A stretch of DNA of 64,000 nt from Balamuthia mandrillaris (GCA_031835245.2 JAVKOQ020000100.1:62001-126000), one strand, 5' to 3'; numbered from the stretch's first letter, positions 12,090 through 26,406 are shown. The notes: generated by a model not told the origin, from the sequence alone. Made by a program: numbers and translations.

Positions 12090-15000
12090 GGTGATACTGA
12101 TGGCACACGAAAAAAGGATCAACAACAGAAAAAAAAGAGAGACTTTGCCAGAAGAGTTATTCTGCTCGATCGAAAAACTCTCGTCGCTGCCACAGACAAA
12201 GGGTTTGAATTCTCTCTCTTCATATAACACTAACCAACCATATTAAATACTCTTTAAAGTTATATCTATAAAATTCCAGCAATAGAAAGACGCGATGAAG
12301 AAGAGACATGTCAATGCCTGCATTTTAATGGCGGTAATGCAATCTACGAGAGCTTGCTAGCGTCTCCTGATTCGACCATGCTACTGCTTGGCGACGATCA
12401 AGGAGGACTTACTTTGGTTTCCACCACGTCTGCTTTTCCGGTTCGTTCTTTTTCTTACTGTTTCTCTCTTTCTCTATTTTCCTCTTGCTTCTTTCTGATT
12501 TCAACATGAACAAAAGAGCCTATATTGGAAAGGACACGAAGGAAAGATACGCCATCTCTTTTGGCCTCGTCAATCTTTCTTTCATCCCACCAAAAAAGGG
12601 ATATCTTTCTTTACCAGCAGCTTATTTGACAAGAAGCTAAAATGGTGGATATTAGATCCTGACGAAAGTGAAAAGCAGAAAGAAGAGCAGACGACGCATA
12701 CCCCTGCTCTTTATGCTGTTTATTCGATTTCTCAGAAAGCATTCACTTGTGCACTTGACATTCTAATCCTTCCTTCTTTGCAACGCCATGGAATGGAGGC
12801 CGCTATCATTGTGGGAGATTCTGCAGGATCTCTTCATTTGTTTCTTCCACCTTCTTCGTTTTCAGGTACGTTCTTCTTTGCTGCTCTCTTAATGTTATCA
12901 GCTCACAAATACAATTCCACACAATATTCCCATAATACAAAAGAAGAGCAAGAAATCAAACCAACATTTTCTTTGATAGATGCTCACCGCAAAGAACACA
13001 TCAGCGATCTCTGCATTCGTTCTCCTGATGAGATTTACTCAACCTCTTCAAGCCGTCAAGGCTCCATCCTACATCGCTATAGCTTTGTTTTTGCATCTTC
13101 CTCCTCCTCTTCTCCCTCCTCTTCCTCTTGTTCCTCTTTTGTTCCAAAATTGGAACAAAAAGCGGCCATCAAACTTACTTTTTCTTTGGAGACTATTGAA
13201 CGGATTTATATTGAACGGAACGACATCAGCAACAAAAGTAATAACTTATCTTCTTTGGGGGAAGGAGAAGTTTCACCGGATCTCTGTTTATTTGGATTTC
13301 ATGGTTCGTTCATGGTGATGCTTCATGTTGCAACTAGGGCTGAGGTTTGCTTCTTTCTCTTTTCTTTCCACTTTGTCTTTATACCCCGACTTCTTGTTCA
13401 GCTTGTTGCTCTTGTTCTTGTTCTTCTAGATCTTCTCCTTCTTCTCTCCTTCTTCTTTTCCTTCTTCTTCTTTGCTGCCTTGTCCTTGTTCTTTTATGTC
13501 TATTATGAGTTGAACTCTTTAAATCTTATTTGCAATTTGTGCCTTAAGACTCTTCGCATCGATTGTGGCCGCAGCAAACGTGGTTGGGATTACTTCTACG
13601 ACAAGTCTCCTAATGGGGTTTGTCTTTCTCATCTCTCTCTCTCTCTCTCTCTCTCTGTTAACCACCAAAATAAATGAAACAGGCATTTGCGTTAGTATAC
13701 AATGGCCTCAAGGATAAACAACTGCATGTACACTCATCAAGCGAAAGTGAAGATCTCTCCACTGTCTTCCACCAACACGAAAGCGGGCAACCTTTTCATG
13801 CTCGCGCCACAAACGCTTTACTTTTACTGCCTTCTTCTTCTTCTTCTTCTTCCTCATTGTTATTTGTAACAGGCAGCAACGACACAACAGCTGCCGTTTG
13901 GAGGTTTGATGACGACAGTGAGGATGAACAGCGGCAACAATTGACGTTACACCGTCAATTTACGCTGCGACGACATTCGAGTACTGTCCGTGCATTTGCT
14001 GCTGTTTCTGTTTCAACAAACGACTGTTTGCTATTCTCAGGAGGAGGTCAACGCCAACTAAATGTAAGAAAGCTTCCTTCCTTTGCTTCTCTTCCTCCTT
14101 TTTCTGTTTATTTGTTTTTGCTGCTCCTAATTATTTGAGTTATTATAGTGTTGGAAACTGCAACAAACAGAAAGGAGAGAAGAAGAGAAAGAAAAGGAAC
14201 TGGGACTGGACAACGCAGATGAAGAGCATCAACGTTACAAATATGACTGGATATGCAGCTATCGAAGCTCACAACAAGCAAGCGAATGCAGGATTATGGC
14301 TCTCTCCGCCTTTCTTTCTACCCACAAACGAGAAGGTCAGTTAATGCATTGTTCCTTTTGTCATTCTTCTTTCTCAAAGACTTTGCTTTTCAACAAAGAA
14401 CCAGCAGAAAGCAAAGCGCGTTTAGTGTCAGTTTGTGTGGGTTACTCGGATGGAAAAGTGGAGATACTCGTCTTTGATCCTCAACAAAATCGTTTTGATG
14501 ACTCTTTATCTCGTGGTCTAGAGGTTGGCAACAGCCACAGCGCTGTTTTAAGCATGGACTATCTTTCTCTGCCAGAAAGCAGTGGCTGTGTTCGGAAAGC
14601 AGAAGAACGAGGGGCCAATGATGACGGCCTTTTGTTCGTTGGTTTCACGGATGGCAAAGTATGGGCTTGGCGCACCTCTTCTCTTTGTTCTTCTCCACAA
14701 AGAAGGTATTCATCAAGTTTATGTTCTGTTTCTCGTTCTCTCTCTCTCTCTCTCTGTTTTCATTTTTCTGGTGCTAACTCTTCGCGATTAACGAACAGGA
14801 ATGAATTAGTGGCTCCAACATACAAGTTTGCAGCGCTTCACCAATCTGGTGTAAATGTTCTCTCGGCTGCGATACTACCAACAACGCCACCAGCAACTTC
14901 ACAGGCAGGAGAAGATTCATCAGTTTGGTTGTTGTTAGCTTCTGGAGGAGACGACCAACAGCTTCACGTGTGTGCTTTTCCTGTTCCTATCGCAATTATG

Positions 15001-15394
15001 GATGAAGATGCAACTGAGAAGAAGAAAGAGACGGGGGGAGAAGAAAGTCCGTCTTGTTTGTTGGCGGATAAGGTGTCCGTGGCGCATGCGGCTGCTATTC
15101 GGGGGTTGAAGACCGATGGCAGCCAGGTTCTTACCACCGGACCTGATCAGCGGTACTCTCTCTCTCTAGTCTCTTCTCTCTCTTCTCCCTAATGACATAA
15201 AATAACACAGGTTGAACTTGTGGCGAGTAAAGAATGACCGAACAAGCAAAACGCTCAAAGTGGAGATGGAAGGTTCTTGCTTTGTGGACGTGGCTGATGC
15301 TTCCTGCCTTGATGCTGTCTTCCACAACGATAGAATAACAGCGGCAGTTGCTGGTTCTGGTTTGCAGGTGTTGCAATGGACTACAAAGAAATAA
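10169..15394 (+). CDS. WDR6: WD40-repeat protein WDR6/Trm734 (RTT10)-like, tRNA 2'-O-methyltransferase partner, multi-exon
   Basis: Motifs in WDR6 order: AAGTVFNKVLIW, GHKGVIFDI, TASDDRSARLW, GHSARVW, GHQGKNVW, TGGGD, HQSGVN, SGGDDQ, AHAAAIRG, TGPDQRL. Confidence 0.85.
10617..10720. repeat. (GTTCTC)n hexanucleotide array in a WDR6 intron
   Basis: Visible tandem array between the donor near 10533 and the acceptor near 10731. Confidence 0.9.
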
Positions 15395-15512
15395 ATGCAG
15401 AAGATGTAACGTGGAGAAGAAAGCGGACGTGAGCGTAGCTTGAGCAGCGAAAAGAGCGGAGGAGGATAGCGGATAGAAAATAGATGAAAGAAAAAGAAAA
15501 AGAACTTCATAT

Positions 15513-16245
15513 TTATTCGAGACTGTTGATGATGGCTTTGGTCACTTCTTTCGTGGAAGCCAGTCCTCCAATGTCTTTCGTCAAAGTCTGAAAAAGAAAG
15601 CGTTCCGTTCGTTAATAAGAAAAGAGCAAGCGAGACGAATAAAGAAGATATCTTAACGAGGAAAATAAACTTACGTGTCCTCTGGCAAGGACGGTGTGAA
15701 TGGCTTTCTCGATGCGAGCAGCGTGCTGGTCGAATTGGAGGTGGTTCAGCATCATCACTGCGCTCAGCAGGGAGGCAATCGGGTTCGCCATTCCAGATCC
15801 CTCTATGTCCTTCGCCACGTGTCTCGCTCCCTTTATTTTTTTAAAGGAAAGAAGAACATGCACAAATAAGTGAACGAAGGCATGAATGAAAGGAAGATGA
15901 AACAACAAAAGGAACAAACAAAACCAAAACCAAAAACAAAAGGACGTACAGGCTCAAAGAGGGCTTCGCCACGGAGACCCAAGTTAATACCAGGGACGAC
16001 GCCAGGGCCGCCGATGAGAGCGGAGGCCACGTTGATGACTACGTTGCCGTAGAGATTGGGACACACCATTATGTCAAACTGTTGGGGCCTCATGATGAGC
16101 TGCATGCATGTGTTGTCGATGATCATTTCCTTGTACTCGATGTTGGGATAGCTTTTGGCGATTTCTCTACAGCTCTCCAAAAAGAGACCGTCCGACATTT
16201 TTCTAAACAGTTTTGTTTCATCAAAAAAGTTAACACAAAAAGAAG

Positions 16246-16280
<35 letters not shown>

Positions 16281-17565
16281 GGACTGAATGTTAGCCTTGT
16301 GAATGGCGCACACGCTTTTACGGTTGTTTTGGACGGCATACTCGAAGGCGGTTTTGGCGATACGAAGAGAAACTGGCTTTGTGGTCACCTTCAAACTCTG
16401 CACAACATCTCTTGTTACCTGTTGTTTGTATTCAAACGGAATAGTGAGTTATAAAAGGAGAGGAAAGAAAGAAAAACAAACAAACCTCTTGTTCCAAGCC
16501 GCTGTACTCTCCTTCTGTGTTCTCACGAACGACCACAATGTCGACGTCCTTGTGTCTGGTCTTAATGCCAGGCAAGTTCTTGATTGGAACGATGTTTGCA
16601 TACAAGTCTTGTTTTGAGCATTGTTAGAAAACAGAGACAAATAGAGTCGAACGAACGTTGGGAGCAAAAGGCGAGGAAGGAAGAAGGAAGAAGGAAGAAA
16701 ATAGCGTACTGAGAGATTTGCGGAGAATCATGTTCCTGTTTTCGTCGTCGTGTTCGAAGGAGGTGAGCAACGGACCCTTCAAACAGACTCCGTTCCTTGC
16801 GATGGAAGACACGATATCATGTGTGATCCTGGAAAAGTCGTGAATGACCTCAAAGCTGATTGGTGCATCCGCAGCTGTGTTCCAAAGGCATTTGTGAGTC
16901 GAGTGACAACACCACAAAACGGGAGAAGGGATAAAATATACAAGAGAAAGAAGCAGAAAAGTAGAGAAGAGAGAAGAGAGAAGAGAGAAGAGAGAAGAGA
17001 GAAGAGAGAAGAGAGAAGAGAGAAGAGAGAAGAGAGAAGAGGAAGCGAGAAGCAGAGAGCAAGGAAGAGAGAAACAACGAAAAGAAAGAGAGGATGAGAG
17101 AGCGTGCAACGAGAAAATAAAACCTTGCAAAACACCCATGACAGATTCGGCAGTTTCAGGGCCGATACCATCTCCGGGAATCAGTGTCACCAATTTCGAG
17201 GAATTGTCGGCAACCTGCAAACAAACCATTTTTTTTAAAGAGAACGCAACAGAAAGCCACACACAAAAAATCATCGTTATGTTGAGGTACAGAACTGAAG
17301 TTTTCAAAAAAAATGAGATGATGATAATAACCTTCACTGCCGAAGCAGCACTTCGCGAAAAGGGTTGGCGTTGCTGACCACCAAAAGGATGGAACGCCTT
17401 TTGGTAGAAATAAAAAGAAGGCATGTGAGAGAGAGAGAGAGAGAGTGAGGGGAAAAAAAACAAAAAAAAAGAGCGTACCGCAGTGGCTCCGAGTTTTCCG
17501 GTCGCCGGAACAAGCGAGGGCATCGCGCGAGGGGATCTGGCAGCGGTGAGCAGTGTGTGTCTCAT
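15513..17565 (-). CDS. Mitochondrial NAD-dependent isocitrate dehydrogenase, regulatory (beta/gamma-type) subunit
   Basis: Arg-rich transit peptide; [48 protein letters not shown] and TKDIGG. It has PNLYGNVV rather than the NLYGDILSD of catalytic subunits. Confidence 0.88.
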
Positions 17566-17794
17566 GGTTCGGTTGTTTTTTTTTTTTTTTTCGAAAGTGG
17601 GCAGGCGGGTTCAACAACAACAAAAAGGGGGTTTTGGAAGTACACCGGTGGTGAGGCTTCTTCTTTCGGCGCGAAATCAATCCTCCACACACACGCACAC
17701 ACGCAGCGTTTTTATTTTATTTCTTTCTTTTCTTTCTCTTTTTTATTTTCTTTAATAAGATATAATGTCGACATCTGATGTCATTGATTTCTTT

Positions 17795-19694
17795 TTATGG
17801 TATGATAAGGCATAAGTAGATGAGGATGAAAAGGATAACTCGGAAATAGGTGCCGCAGGCCTTCTTTATCTCTTTCATTTGACTAGCAAATTGAAGAAGC
17901 CGAACCAAAGAAGCTCCAAATAAGAGAGTTCCCACCAAAAGTATTATGCCTACCGGAAGACCCCAAAACACCAGAAAGTACACGTCCGCTGAATCCAACG
18001 AACAGCTACATATATGTAGTTAACGTTGTTATTTTTGTGCAACAACAGATAAACAAGGAGAAATAAGACGTACAAGGTTCCGCCAGGAGAAAAAGAGATT
18101 TTCCCGGCAGCGGCTGGAATGATCATAAGGAAAGAGGGCACTGCCCACCCACACACATGCAAAATAATTTGAAGGCCATTGTTCCATGCCTTCGTGTTTG
18201 GTAGTTTTTTGCCAAAGAACACCTGCATCAAACATTAATACGTTATATCCATGTCGATCAGGAAACCACAAGAAAAAAGGCGGTACGTACGGAGAGGAAC
18301 ATGTTGAAAGCAACGATGCCCCACCACATGGTGCTGGACAAGAATCCCATCTGCACCAACCATCCTTGGAATGTGCATAACCCCGATACGACGGAAAGGT
18401 CTTCGATATGGAAGTCCACCACAAATGTTGCATCAGCTATTCTGGTTTCGGGCATGAGATACTCTGTGTCGAAGCCACACCAGGTATTGTCGTAGCCGAA
18501 GAAGGTGGGGAGGATCATGCCCACAGACTCGGCGTGAGCAGCCACCGCCGCCATCAGGATCAGGTTCGATGGGAACTTGCGCAGTTTGTTATGCAAAACA
18601 TAAGTTAGAACCACTATCAAGCTTCCTGTCTAAATTCATTGTTTGACAAAAGCTAATGTTGTAAGCAAAAGAGAGAGGGGCGTTCAAGAAGAAATTAGAT
18701 AAATACCCAAGAGAGCCAAGCTAACACTAGCTGCAACACTTTGATAGTGTTGTATTGTTCATCAGTATAAGATGGCAAAGGACACGTAAAGCCGCATTCG
18801 TTGCGTTTGACAGTGCTAAGAGGGTCTTCGCATACCACAAACGAAGTTCCATTGGAGAGTAAGCTGTTGCATTGCATTGGGTAGGTTTGCGTTTCGTTCG
18901 TGGGCGCTGTAGTGTCGAATGGAGAGGCCGTGTACGCAAACGATTGGAAAAAATCTTGTCCATCAGTGTCCAATTCTTGGCACGTCATTGGTGCTGTGTA
19001 ACCTGGCGGTAAATATAGTCCAACGCCTAAGGGAAGTTCTTGCTCTGCAACATATTCTGCACACATGGTTTCTGGCGTGTAGTTGGTTGGTAGGTGTGTT
19101 TGTTGTTTTGAAAACGCGTAACAAGGGACTTGAATATACAACACAAAATAAAGAAACACAGAGAAAAATGCAAACCATAATCTTGGCAGGAAGTCTTACA
19201 GGGCTGCGTGGGTAACGGCACGAAATTTGAAGTGACGGGGTCTACAAGGCAGGGTCTCAAGTACGTTGCGCAGTTCAGTTGAGCCCAGAACTGGTTACAC
19301 TGTGATGCAATGCTTCCGTCGTCGCCCAACGAACCCACATAATTTATGGCGCTGCTGACCCTACTCTCCAAATAAGCTAGAGTTTGGTTTACCGGTACAT
19401 AAACCGTTACGTCTTCCTCTGTTTAAAAAACAAAGGCGTGAGAGAAGAGTACAGCATAGGGGAATGAAGAGAGAGATCAAGAATGAGAGAGAGAGCGAGA
19501 GAGAGCGAGAAAGGCAGAAGAGGGAAAAAGAACGAAGAGACAGAAAGCGGGCAGAAGGGTGGTAATACAAGACCTTGCCATGCCAAAAATTGTTTACAAT
19601 AAGCAGGTTGCCCGCTCCACGGCTCGCACGTCTGAGACTTTACGGCCAGAGCAAACAACACCACAACCAAAAAAGTGCCGACAAAGCGAGGCAT
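17795..19694 (-). pseudogene. Frizzled/Smoothened-like GPCR copy A, 3'-truncated within TM6
   Basis: Signal peptide, Cys-rich domain and TM exons are paralogous to copies B and C. It reads ...ILFILIYLCLIIP* where B and C continue VLIAFIF...TM7 and tail. No downstream exon is visible before the IDH 5' region. Confidence 0.7.
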
Positions 19695-20335
19695 TTGTGG
19701 TGTTGTGAAGGCGAGTGTTGTGGAAAAAATGAACGGCAAAACAAAAAAATAAACTCAAAAAAATACAATGCTGGCCAAAATTCGCTTCATTAAAGCGAAC
19801 GTTACACCAGCATGGAGATACTTTCCTTCCTCAAACATACCTTAAAAGCTCTTCTTTCATCTAATGGAACCCACTTTTGGAAGGATAAAGCATTTGACTT
19901 TCGTGCACTGTTCGCCTTTGATCACTCTCGTGCAAAAGAACGTGTGCCTTCCCCGCAACGTCTTCGGGCGATAAACAACTGGAATCGGTTAGGGAAAACC
20001 GTTCTGTCTGTGCATTTTTGCTTAAAATGTTGACTTTGAAGTTTGTAAAATTGGCGAGAGAAGAGGAGAGGAGAGGAGCGAACTTAGTGCCTGACTTTGT
20101 ATCTGTCTTCTTCGTCGACATCCGTGTTCAGATAGTTTCAAAATACGAAGACACAGTGACTGAATGTGTTCGCCTTTTGTTAGGTTTAAAAAACGAGAAT
20201 AATGTTAAACTACATGAATAAGAGTTGCATAGCCCGGCTCGGAAGAAAGCTTGACTCTGCAATGACTTAAAATGTTAATTGGTTGCTCCAAATTAACTAC
20301 AGTCAAGACACCCATACCAAATTGCCGACATCTTA

Positions 20336-20949
20336 TCAAGGAACAACTTCATCCTCACCGTCCACGCTCATTGTCATCATTTCGTTTGCGGTGCTCTTGT
20401 TTGTTTTCTTGGTGCCAGGTGATTTGCCGGTTGTCTTCTCACTTGTGAAGATGCTGCTGAACTTGCCTTGTCGGGCATGGTTGAAGAAGCGCCACCAGAA
20501 GCGACCCATGGAGGGACTGATGCAAAAGTTGAAGAACAGCATCAAGCCCAAGGAGGAATAGCCGATGCTCCTCAACACCGCCAATCCGTAGTTGTGCACC
20601 TCTTCGGACAACGTACAGTTGTCGAATCTTGCTAACTCACAGAAATAGTATTCAGAGTAGCCGTCTTCGATGGTGTCTTTGGCGGTGACCACTCGCAGAG
20701 AATAGGAGAAGATGAAGGCAATGAGAACCAAGTAGATGAGGATGAAGAGGATGACCCGGAAGTATGTCCCGCAGGCCTTCTTCAATTCTTTCAGTTGACG
20801 GGCATATGTTATGAGACGCGATAATGAAGCAACAAAGAGAACAGTTCCAACCAAAAGGATGATGCCCACTGGAAGTCCCCAAAACACCAGAAAGTATACA
20901 TCTGTAGAGTCCAGCGAACAACTGCGAGTACGCTTAGATCATATGTACT

Positions 20950-20992
<43 letters not shown>

Positions 20993-22152
20993 ACAAGGAA
21001 GCCCCAGGCGAAAATGCAATTTCATCAGCAGCGGCAGGCACCATCATCAGAAAAGCAGGAACAGCCCATCCGCACACATGAAACACCACTTGAAGTCCAA
21101 TGTTCCATTGCTGAGTTTTTGGTAATTTGTTTCCAAAGAATACCTTTTGTAACGTATAAGAAAAACACCCTAAAATAATGTAAAGGAGAAAGGAGGTCAT
21201 ACAGAAAGGAACATGTTGAGAGCAACGATGCCCCACCACATGGTGCTCGACAAGAATCCCATCTGCACCAACCATCCTTGAAATGTGCACAGTCCCGAAT
21301 GCACCGCCATTTCCTTCATCTTAAACTCAACTCCGATCGTTAAGTCTCTCACATAACCTTCGGGCATGAGGTAGACGGTGTTGAAGCCGCACCAGGTGTT
21401 GTCGTAGCCAAAGAATGTGGGAAGGATCATGCCCACCGACTCCAGATGAGCAGCCACCGCTGCCATCAAGATCAGGTTCGAGGGGAACCGCCTTAGTTTT
21501 GGATGTATGACATAGGATAGAGCCAATATCAAGCTTCCAGCCTATTTTGAAGGCAGAGTAAGACAAAAACAGCAACGGAAAGATAACACGAAAGAGCGCG
21601 CACAATAGATGCTAGTTCTAAAAAAACTACAAACCCATGAAAGCCAGCCCAGTACCAGTTGCATGACCTTAATATTGTTATACTGTTCGCCAGAGTAAGC
21701 CGGTAAAGGGCATGTAAAGCCGCATGCGTTGCTGTTTGGAATGTTATGGAGAGGGTCTTCGCAAATGAGCAGGGCCGACCCATTGGAGCTCATGCTGTTG
21801 CATTCGATTGTGAGGCGATCATTCTCGGTTTGGTTGGCAGGGAGAGGAATGCTATAGTTCTGGGATTGGTAAAAGGCCTCGCCATTCGTGTCGGTTTCAG
21901 TACAGGAGAGAGGAAAGTCAAAACCGGGAGGGAAGTACAAGCCAGCACCAATCGGATAGCCTGTTCTCTGTTGGTATTCAAGACACAGGTGAACTGACAC
22001 ATGCATGAGAATTAATAGATGAATGTGAATGCAAACTAAAGTTACTCACTGTAGTCTTCACATGAGGATTTGCAAGGTTGAATAGGCGTAACAACGTATG
22101 AGTCATTGCTGCCACCTTTTTCCAAGATAATGAATAAAATGAATAAGGAAGT

Positions 22153-22203
<51 letters not shown>

Positions 22204-22436
22204 AGAGAATACTTTGGTTAAATCGAGGACATGGTCTTAGGAAAGTGGCACAAGCCAACCGTCCCCAATACTGCCGACACGTGGAGCCAAGGGAACGGTC
22301 GTCGCCGAGAGAACCAATATAATTAACCGCCTGCTTCACGGCTTCTTGCAACGCAACAAGGTTATTCCCTTCTGGAACATAAATCACTACTTCCCCTGTT
22401 TATCCAAGCAACGTTAGTGCGCACACCAAACCAAGA

Positions 22437-22478
<42 letters not shown>

Positions 22479-22670
22479 AGAGAGGGAGAGAAAGAGCGAA
22501 AGAAATAAAGCAAATGTACCGCTCCAAAAGTCAAACTGAGCACAGAATTCGGGTTCACTGTTCCATTCTTCGCAGTGTTGTCCCAAGGTAGTGGAAAGGA
22601 GTGAGGCAAGGAGAATGAGCACTGTCGCCACCCACCGCCCCAATCTTTTTACGTTTGTGCTGGCCTCCAT
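20336..22670 (-). CDS. Frizzled/Smoothened-like GPCR copy B (Cys-rich domain + 7TM)
   Basis: Signal peptide; Fz-like Cys-rich domain (C..YWGRLACATFLRPC..QPCKSSCE; CGFTCPLP); FPSNLIL, CTFQG, WWGIVA, FHVCGWAVP and FWGLP motifs; seven hydrophobic segments. Confidence 0.85.
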
Positions 22671-23299
22671 CAGTGTCGCGCTTTACCGGCAAACTGAGTC
22701 GGCAACGCAAAAAAAAATTTCTAGCTTCCCTTGACGCTGATAGTGTAATGATAATAATGTCCGATTGTTTCCAATAGTTTGCAATTAGGCCAATATTAAT
22801 ATCCTCAGAATTAATACAAGATCACCAGGCGAGCCCTCCGATCCTACCATTAAAAGCTATCATGGAACATCCATGTTGCTCCACACCGCTAATGTCTCCG
22901 CCAACAACGACATCGGGTTCTATAACGTCATCATATACCAAGCCAGAGTCTCCGCACAGAGACAGGTCAAATTTTTTTAAAAACAAAGTTAAAAAACAAA
23001 ACATAGCAAACCTACTACAACACAAAGTTGAAGGGCCGAGCCAACAGGGTGAATGATATTTCCTACCACTTTTTTTAAAAAAAATAAAACAGTGCATTAA
23101 CACTTAAAACAAAATAGTACTGTTGTTTCGATTTGTACGAAAATAATAAAGAGTTATCACTAAGACTATACAATGCGTTGTCAGCATTCAAAATGTTGCG
23201 GCTTATTGAAGCAGGCCACCTATTATTGAGGGATGTTTATGCGGTTGCTAAGCAAGGCGGCCAATAAAATGAAAATAAGCAAACCTTGTGATGAAGAAG

Positions 23300-25639
23300 T
23301 TAAGGCATGAATTCCTCCTCTGCAAAGTCCACGCTCATCGTCATCACTTCGTTTGTTTCAGTGCTCTTGCTCTTCTTTCCAACAGGAGATTTCCCAGTAG
23401 GAGTCTTCTCGCTGGTAAACACGTTGCTGAACTTGCCTTGTCGGACGTTGTTGAAGAAGCGCCACCAGAAGCGACCCATGGAGGGACTGAAGCAAAAGTT
23501 GAAGAACAACATTAATCCGAGGGAGGAATAGCCGATGCTTCGCAACACCGCCAATCCGTAGTTGTGCACTTCTTCAGAGAGAGAGCAGTGTGGCAATCGG
23601 AAGAGCAAACATAGATAGTACTCGGAGTAGCCGTCTTCGATGGTGTCTTTGGCGGTGACCACTCGCAGAGAATAAGCGAAGATGAAGGCGATAAGAACCA
23701 GGTAAATGAAGATAAACAATACTACCCGTAGGTAGGTCCCGCATGTTTTCTTCAGCTTGTTCAGTTGACGCGCAAACAGCAGAAGACGGGTCAATGAAGC
23801 GACGAACAGAACGGTTCCCACCAAAAGGATAATGCCGACTGGAAGTCCCCAAAACACCAAAAAATGCACATCCGCCGAATCCAATGAACAGCTGCATATC
23901 ATCGTCAAAATTTGGTTGTACCATGAGACAGATGGAGCGATATGGAGAGAAACCAGAAGGAGGAGAAGGACAGTACAAGGAAGCCCCGGGCGCAAAGGCA
24001 ATTTTATCGGCAGCAGCAGGAATCATCATCAGAAAAGCAGGAACCGCCCATCCGCACACATGAAACACCACTTGAAGCCCAATCATCCATACTTTAGAGT
24101 CTGGCAATTTGCTTCCAAAGAACACCTGTTGCCAAAGTAAACATGTTAGTAGTGTTGCAACAAATGACTAAATGCAAAACTAGATAGCAAAAGGCGGTAC
24201 GTACGGAGAGGAACATGTTGAAAGCAACGATGCCCCACCACATGGTGCTGGACAAGAATCCCATCTGCACCAACCATCCTTGGAATGTGCACAGTCCCGA
24301 ATGCACCGCCATTTCTTCCATCTTAAAATCAACACCAACCACAGTGTCTCTTGCGAAAAATTCGGGCATGAGGTAGACGGTGTCGAAGCCGCACCAGGTG
24401 TTGTCGTAGCCAAAGAATGTGGGAAGGATCATGCCCACCGACTCCAGATGAGCAGCCACCGCCGCCATCAGGATCAGGTTCGAGGGGAACTTGCGCAGTT
24501 TGTTATGCAGCGCGTAGGATAACACCACTATGAGGCTTCCTGCCTAAATTCATTTGGTTTCAACAGAGGAGGAGCGAACAAATGAGGAAAAGAAAAAAGA
24601 ACAGGATAACCAAATGGGTAGAGACAGATACAGAAACAAGGAAGAAAACGCACCCATGAAAGCCAGCCCAGTACCAGTTGCAAGACCTTAATGCCATCAT
24701 ACTGGCTGTCAGAGTAAGCAGGTAAAGGACAAGTGAAGCCGCATGCATTTTTGTTTTCAACGTTACGAAGCGGATCCCCGCAAATCACCACTGTTGAACT
24801 GTTGGAATGGATACCATTACACTCCAACACGATGGAGTTTTCGGTTTGGTTGTTGGTGGAAAGAGAAACGTTATAACTGTTGGATTGATAAAAGGGTGCT
24901 CCGTTTGTGTCTGTTTCATTGCACATCATTGGAGGTTCGAAGCCAGGAGGAAAATACAAAGCCATGCCGATTGGAAAGCCTGTTGTCTTCAGATATTCTG
25001 AACACATTTGTACTAATTCAAAGACATTAGGAAAAAGGGCTTCAGTTTTGCGTCCTCAAAAAACTTACTGTAGTCGAAACATGTGGAGCTGCATGGCTGA
25101 ATTGGTGTGACAAGGAACGAGTCGTTATTGTCGGTGATATCTAGAAAGGACAGATAAGACAAGGACAACGGTGAGCACAAGAGAAAGAGAGAGGGAGGGA
25201 GAGAGAAATGAAGGAGAAGGATAGATGTGAGTACTTTGAGGAACTCGAGGGCAAGGCCTTAAATAAGTGGCACAAGCCAAACGTGCCCAATACCTTCCAC
25301 ACCTAGTTTCTATAGAACCGTCATCTTTGAGAGAGCCCACAATGTTTACTATCTGTTTGACGGTCTCTTGCATAACAAAGAAGTCCTCCCCTTCCGGAAC
25401 GTATATCCGTACCCCATCTCCTACATACTGAAGTTAAACAAAAACCAACTACCTGCATACAGAGAGAGAGAGAGAGAGAGAAATACACAAAATGTACCAC
25501 TCCAAACGTCAAACTGAGCACAGAAATCGGGTTCGCCGTTCCATTCTTCGCAGTATTGTGAGAGTGCCGTTGACAGGAAGAACAAAAGGAACGTCGTTGT
25601 TGCCGGTAGCTCCAACCGTTTACAAACGTGGCGCGTCAT
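23300..25639 (-). CDS. Frizzled/Smoothened-like GPCR copy C (Cys-rich domain + 7TM)
   Basis: Same exon structure and motifs as copy B, with near-identical TM exons. Confidence 0.85.
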
Positions 25640-26165
25640 GTTCGGTTTGCTGTATTTTTTGCTTTTAGTGGTACACCGAACAAACGGAAGGAAAAATTAC
25701 GTATGGTTCGTCATATTAATTATCGACAAATGACAATCTTCCTTTGATCGCATTAATATTGTAGTTTTAATAGCCATGACTAAGTCGCAAAAGCAAACAG
25801 AGAAAGCTCCCTCTGCCTCCGCACCTGTTGCGATTCTTGTGATGAGCATAACGAAAGGGTAGCAAACAGAACAAACGAACTCATGTGGTTGACTGTTCTT
25901 CGTCTGAATGTATGGCAAGATCAACAGATTAGTTGCTCAACCATACCAAAAAAACGGGAAACGAAGAACAACATGTGCAAACGAGTGGAACAAAAAAACA
26001 AATACGTAATAGGAGTTTCAAAGAAACTAAACCCTTGTAATTTATTACAGCCAGGCAACCGCAAAACCTACATGGACAATAAGAGACATGAGTGAACGAA
26101 CAGAAAGGGATAGAGAACTGTGTTTACATACAAATTTTCTGCTTCAGCGTTCGCTTGGGCAAAGA

Positions 26166-26199
<34 letters not shown>

Positions 26200-26406
26200 T
26201 TATTTCGCCAAACACAACAGCAGCAACGAGGCACAGCAAAGTGGCAGAGGCGTTATTCGTTCCATAAAGAATATGCCCTCAGATTCTTCGCAAGGAGAAG
26301 AACCATTGACTACTCAAGCATCGGTGCCATGAGTGTTTTCAGGATAGTAGATGATGGCAATTATATGTTCATCACCTCGTTGTTTTTGAGCGGGTATTCT
26401 TCAGCT

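Noticed and set aside
16960..17045. (AGAAGAG)n array giving REERREK / SLLSSLF ORFs
   Set aside because: It is a heptanucleotide repeat in an IDH intron.
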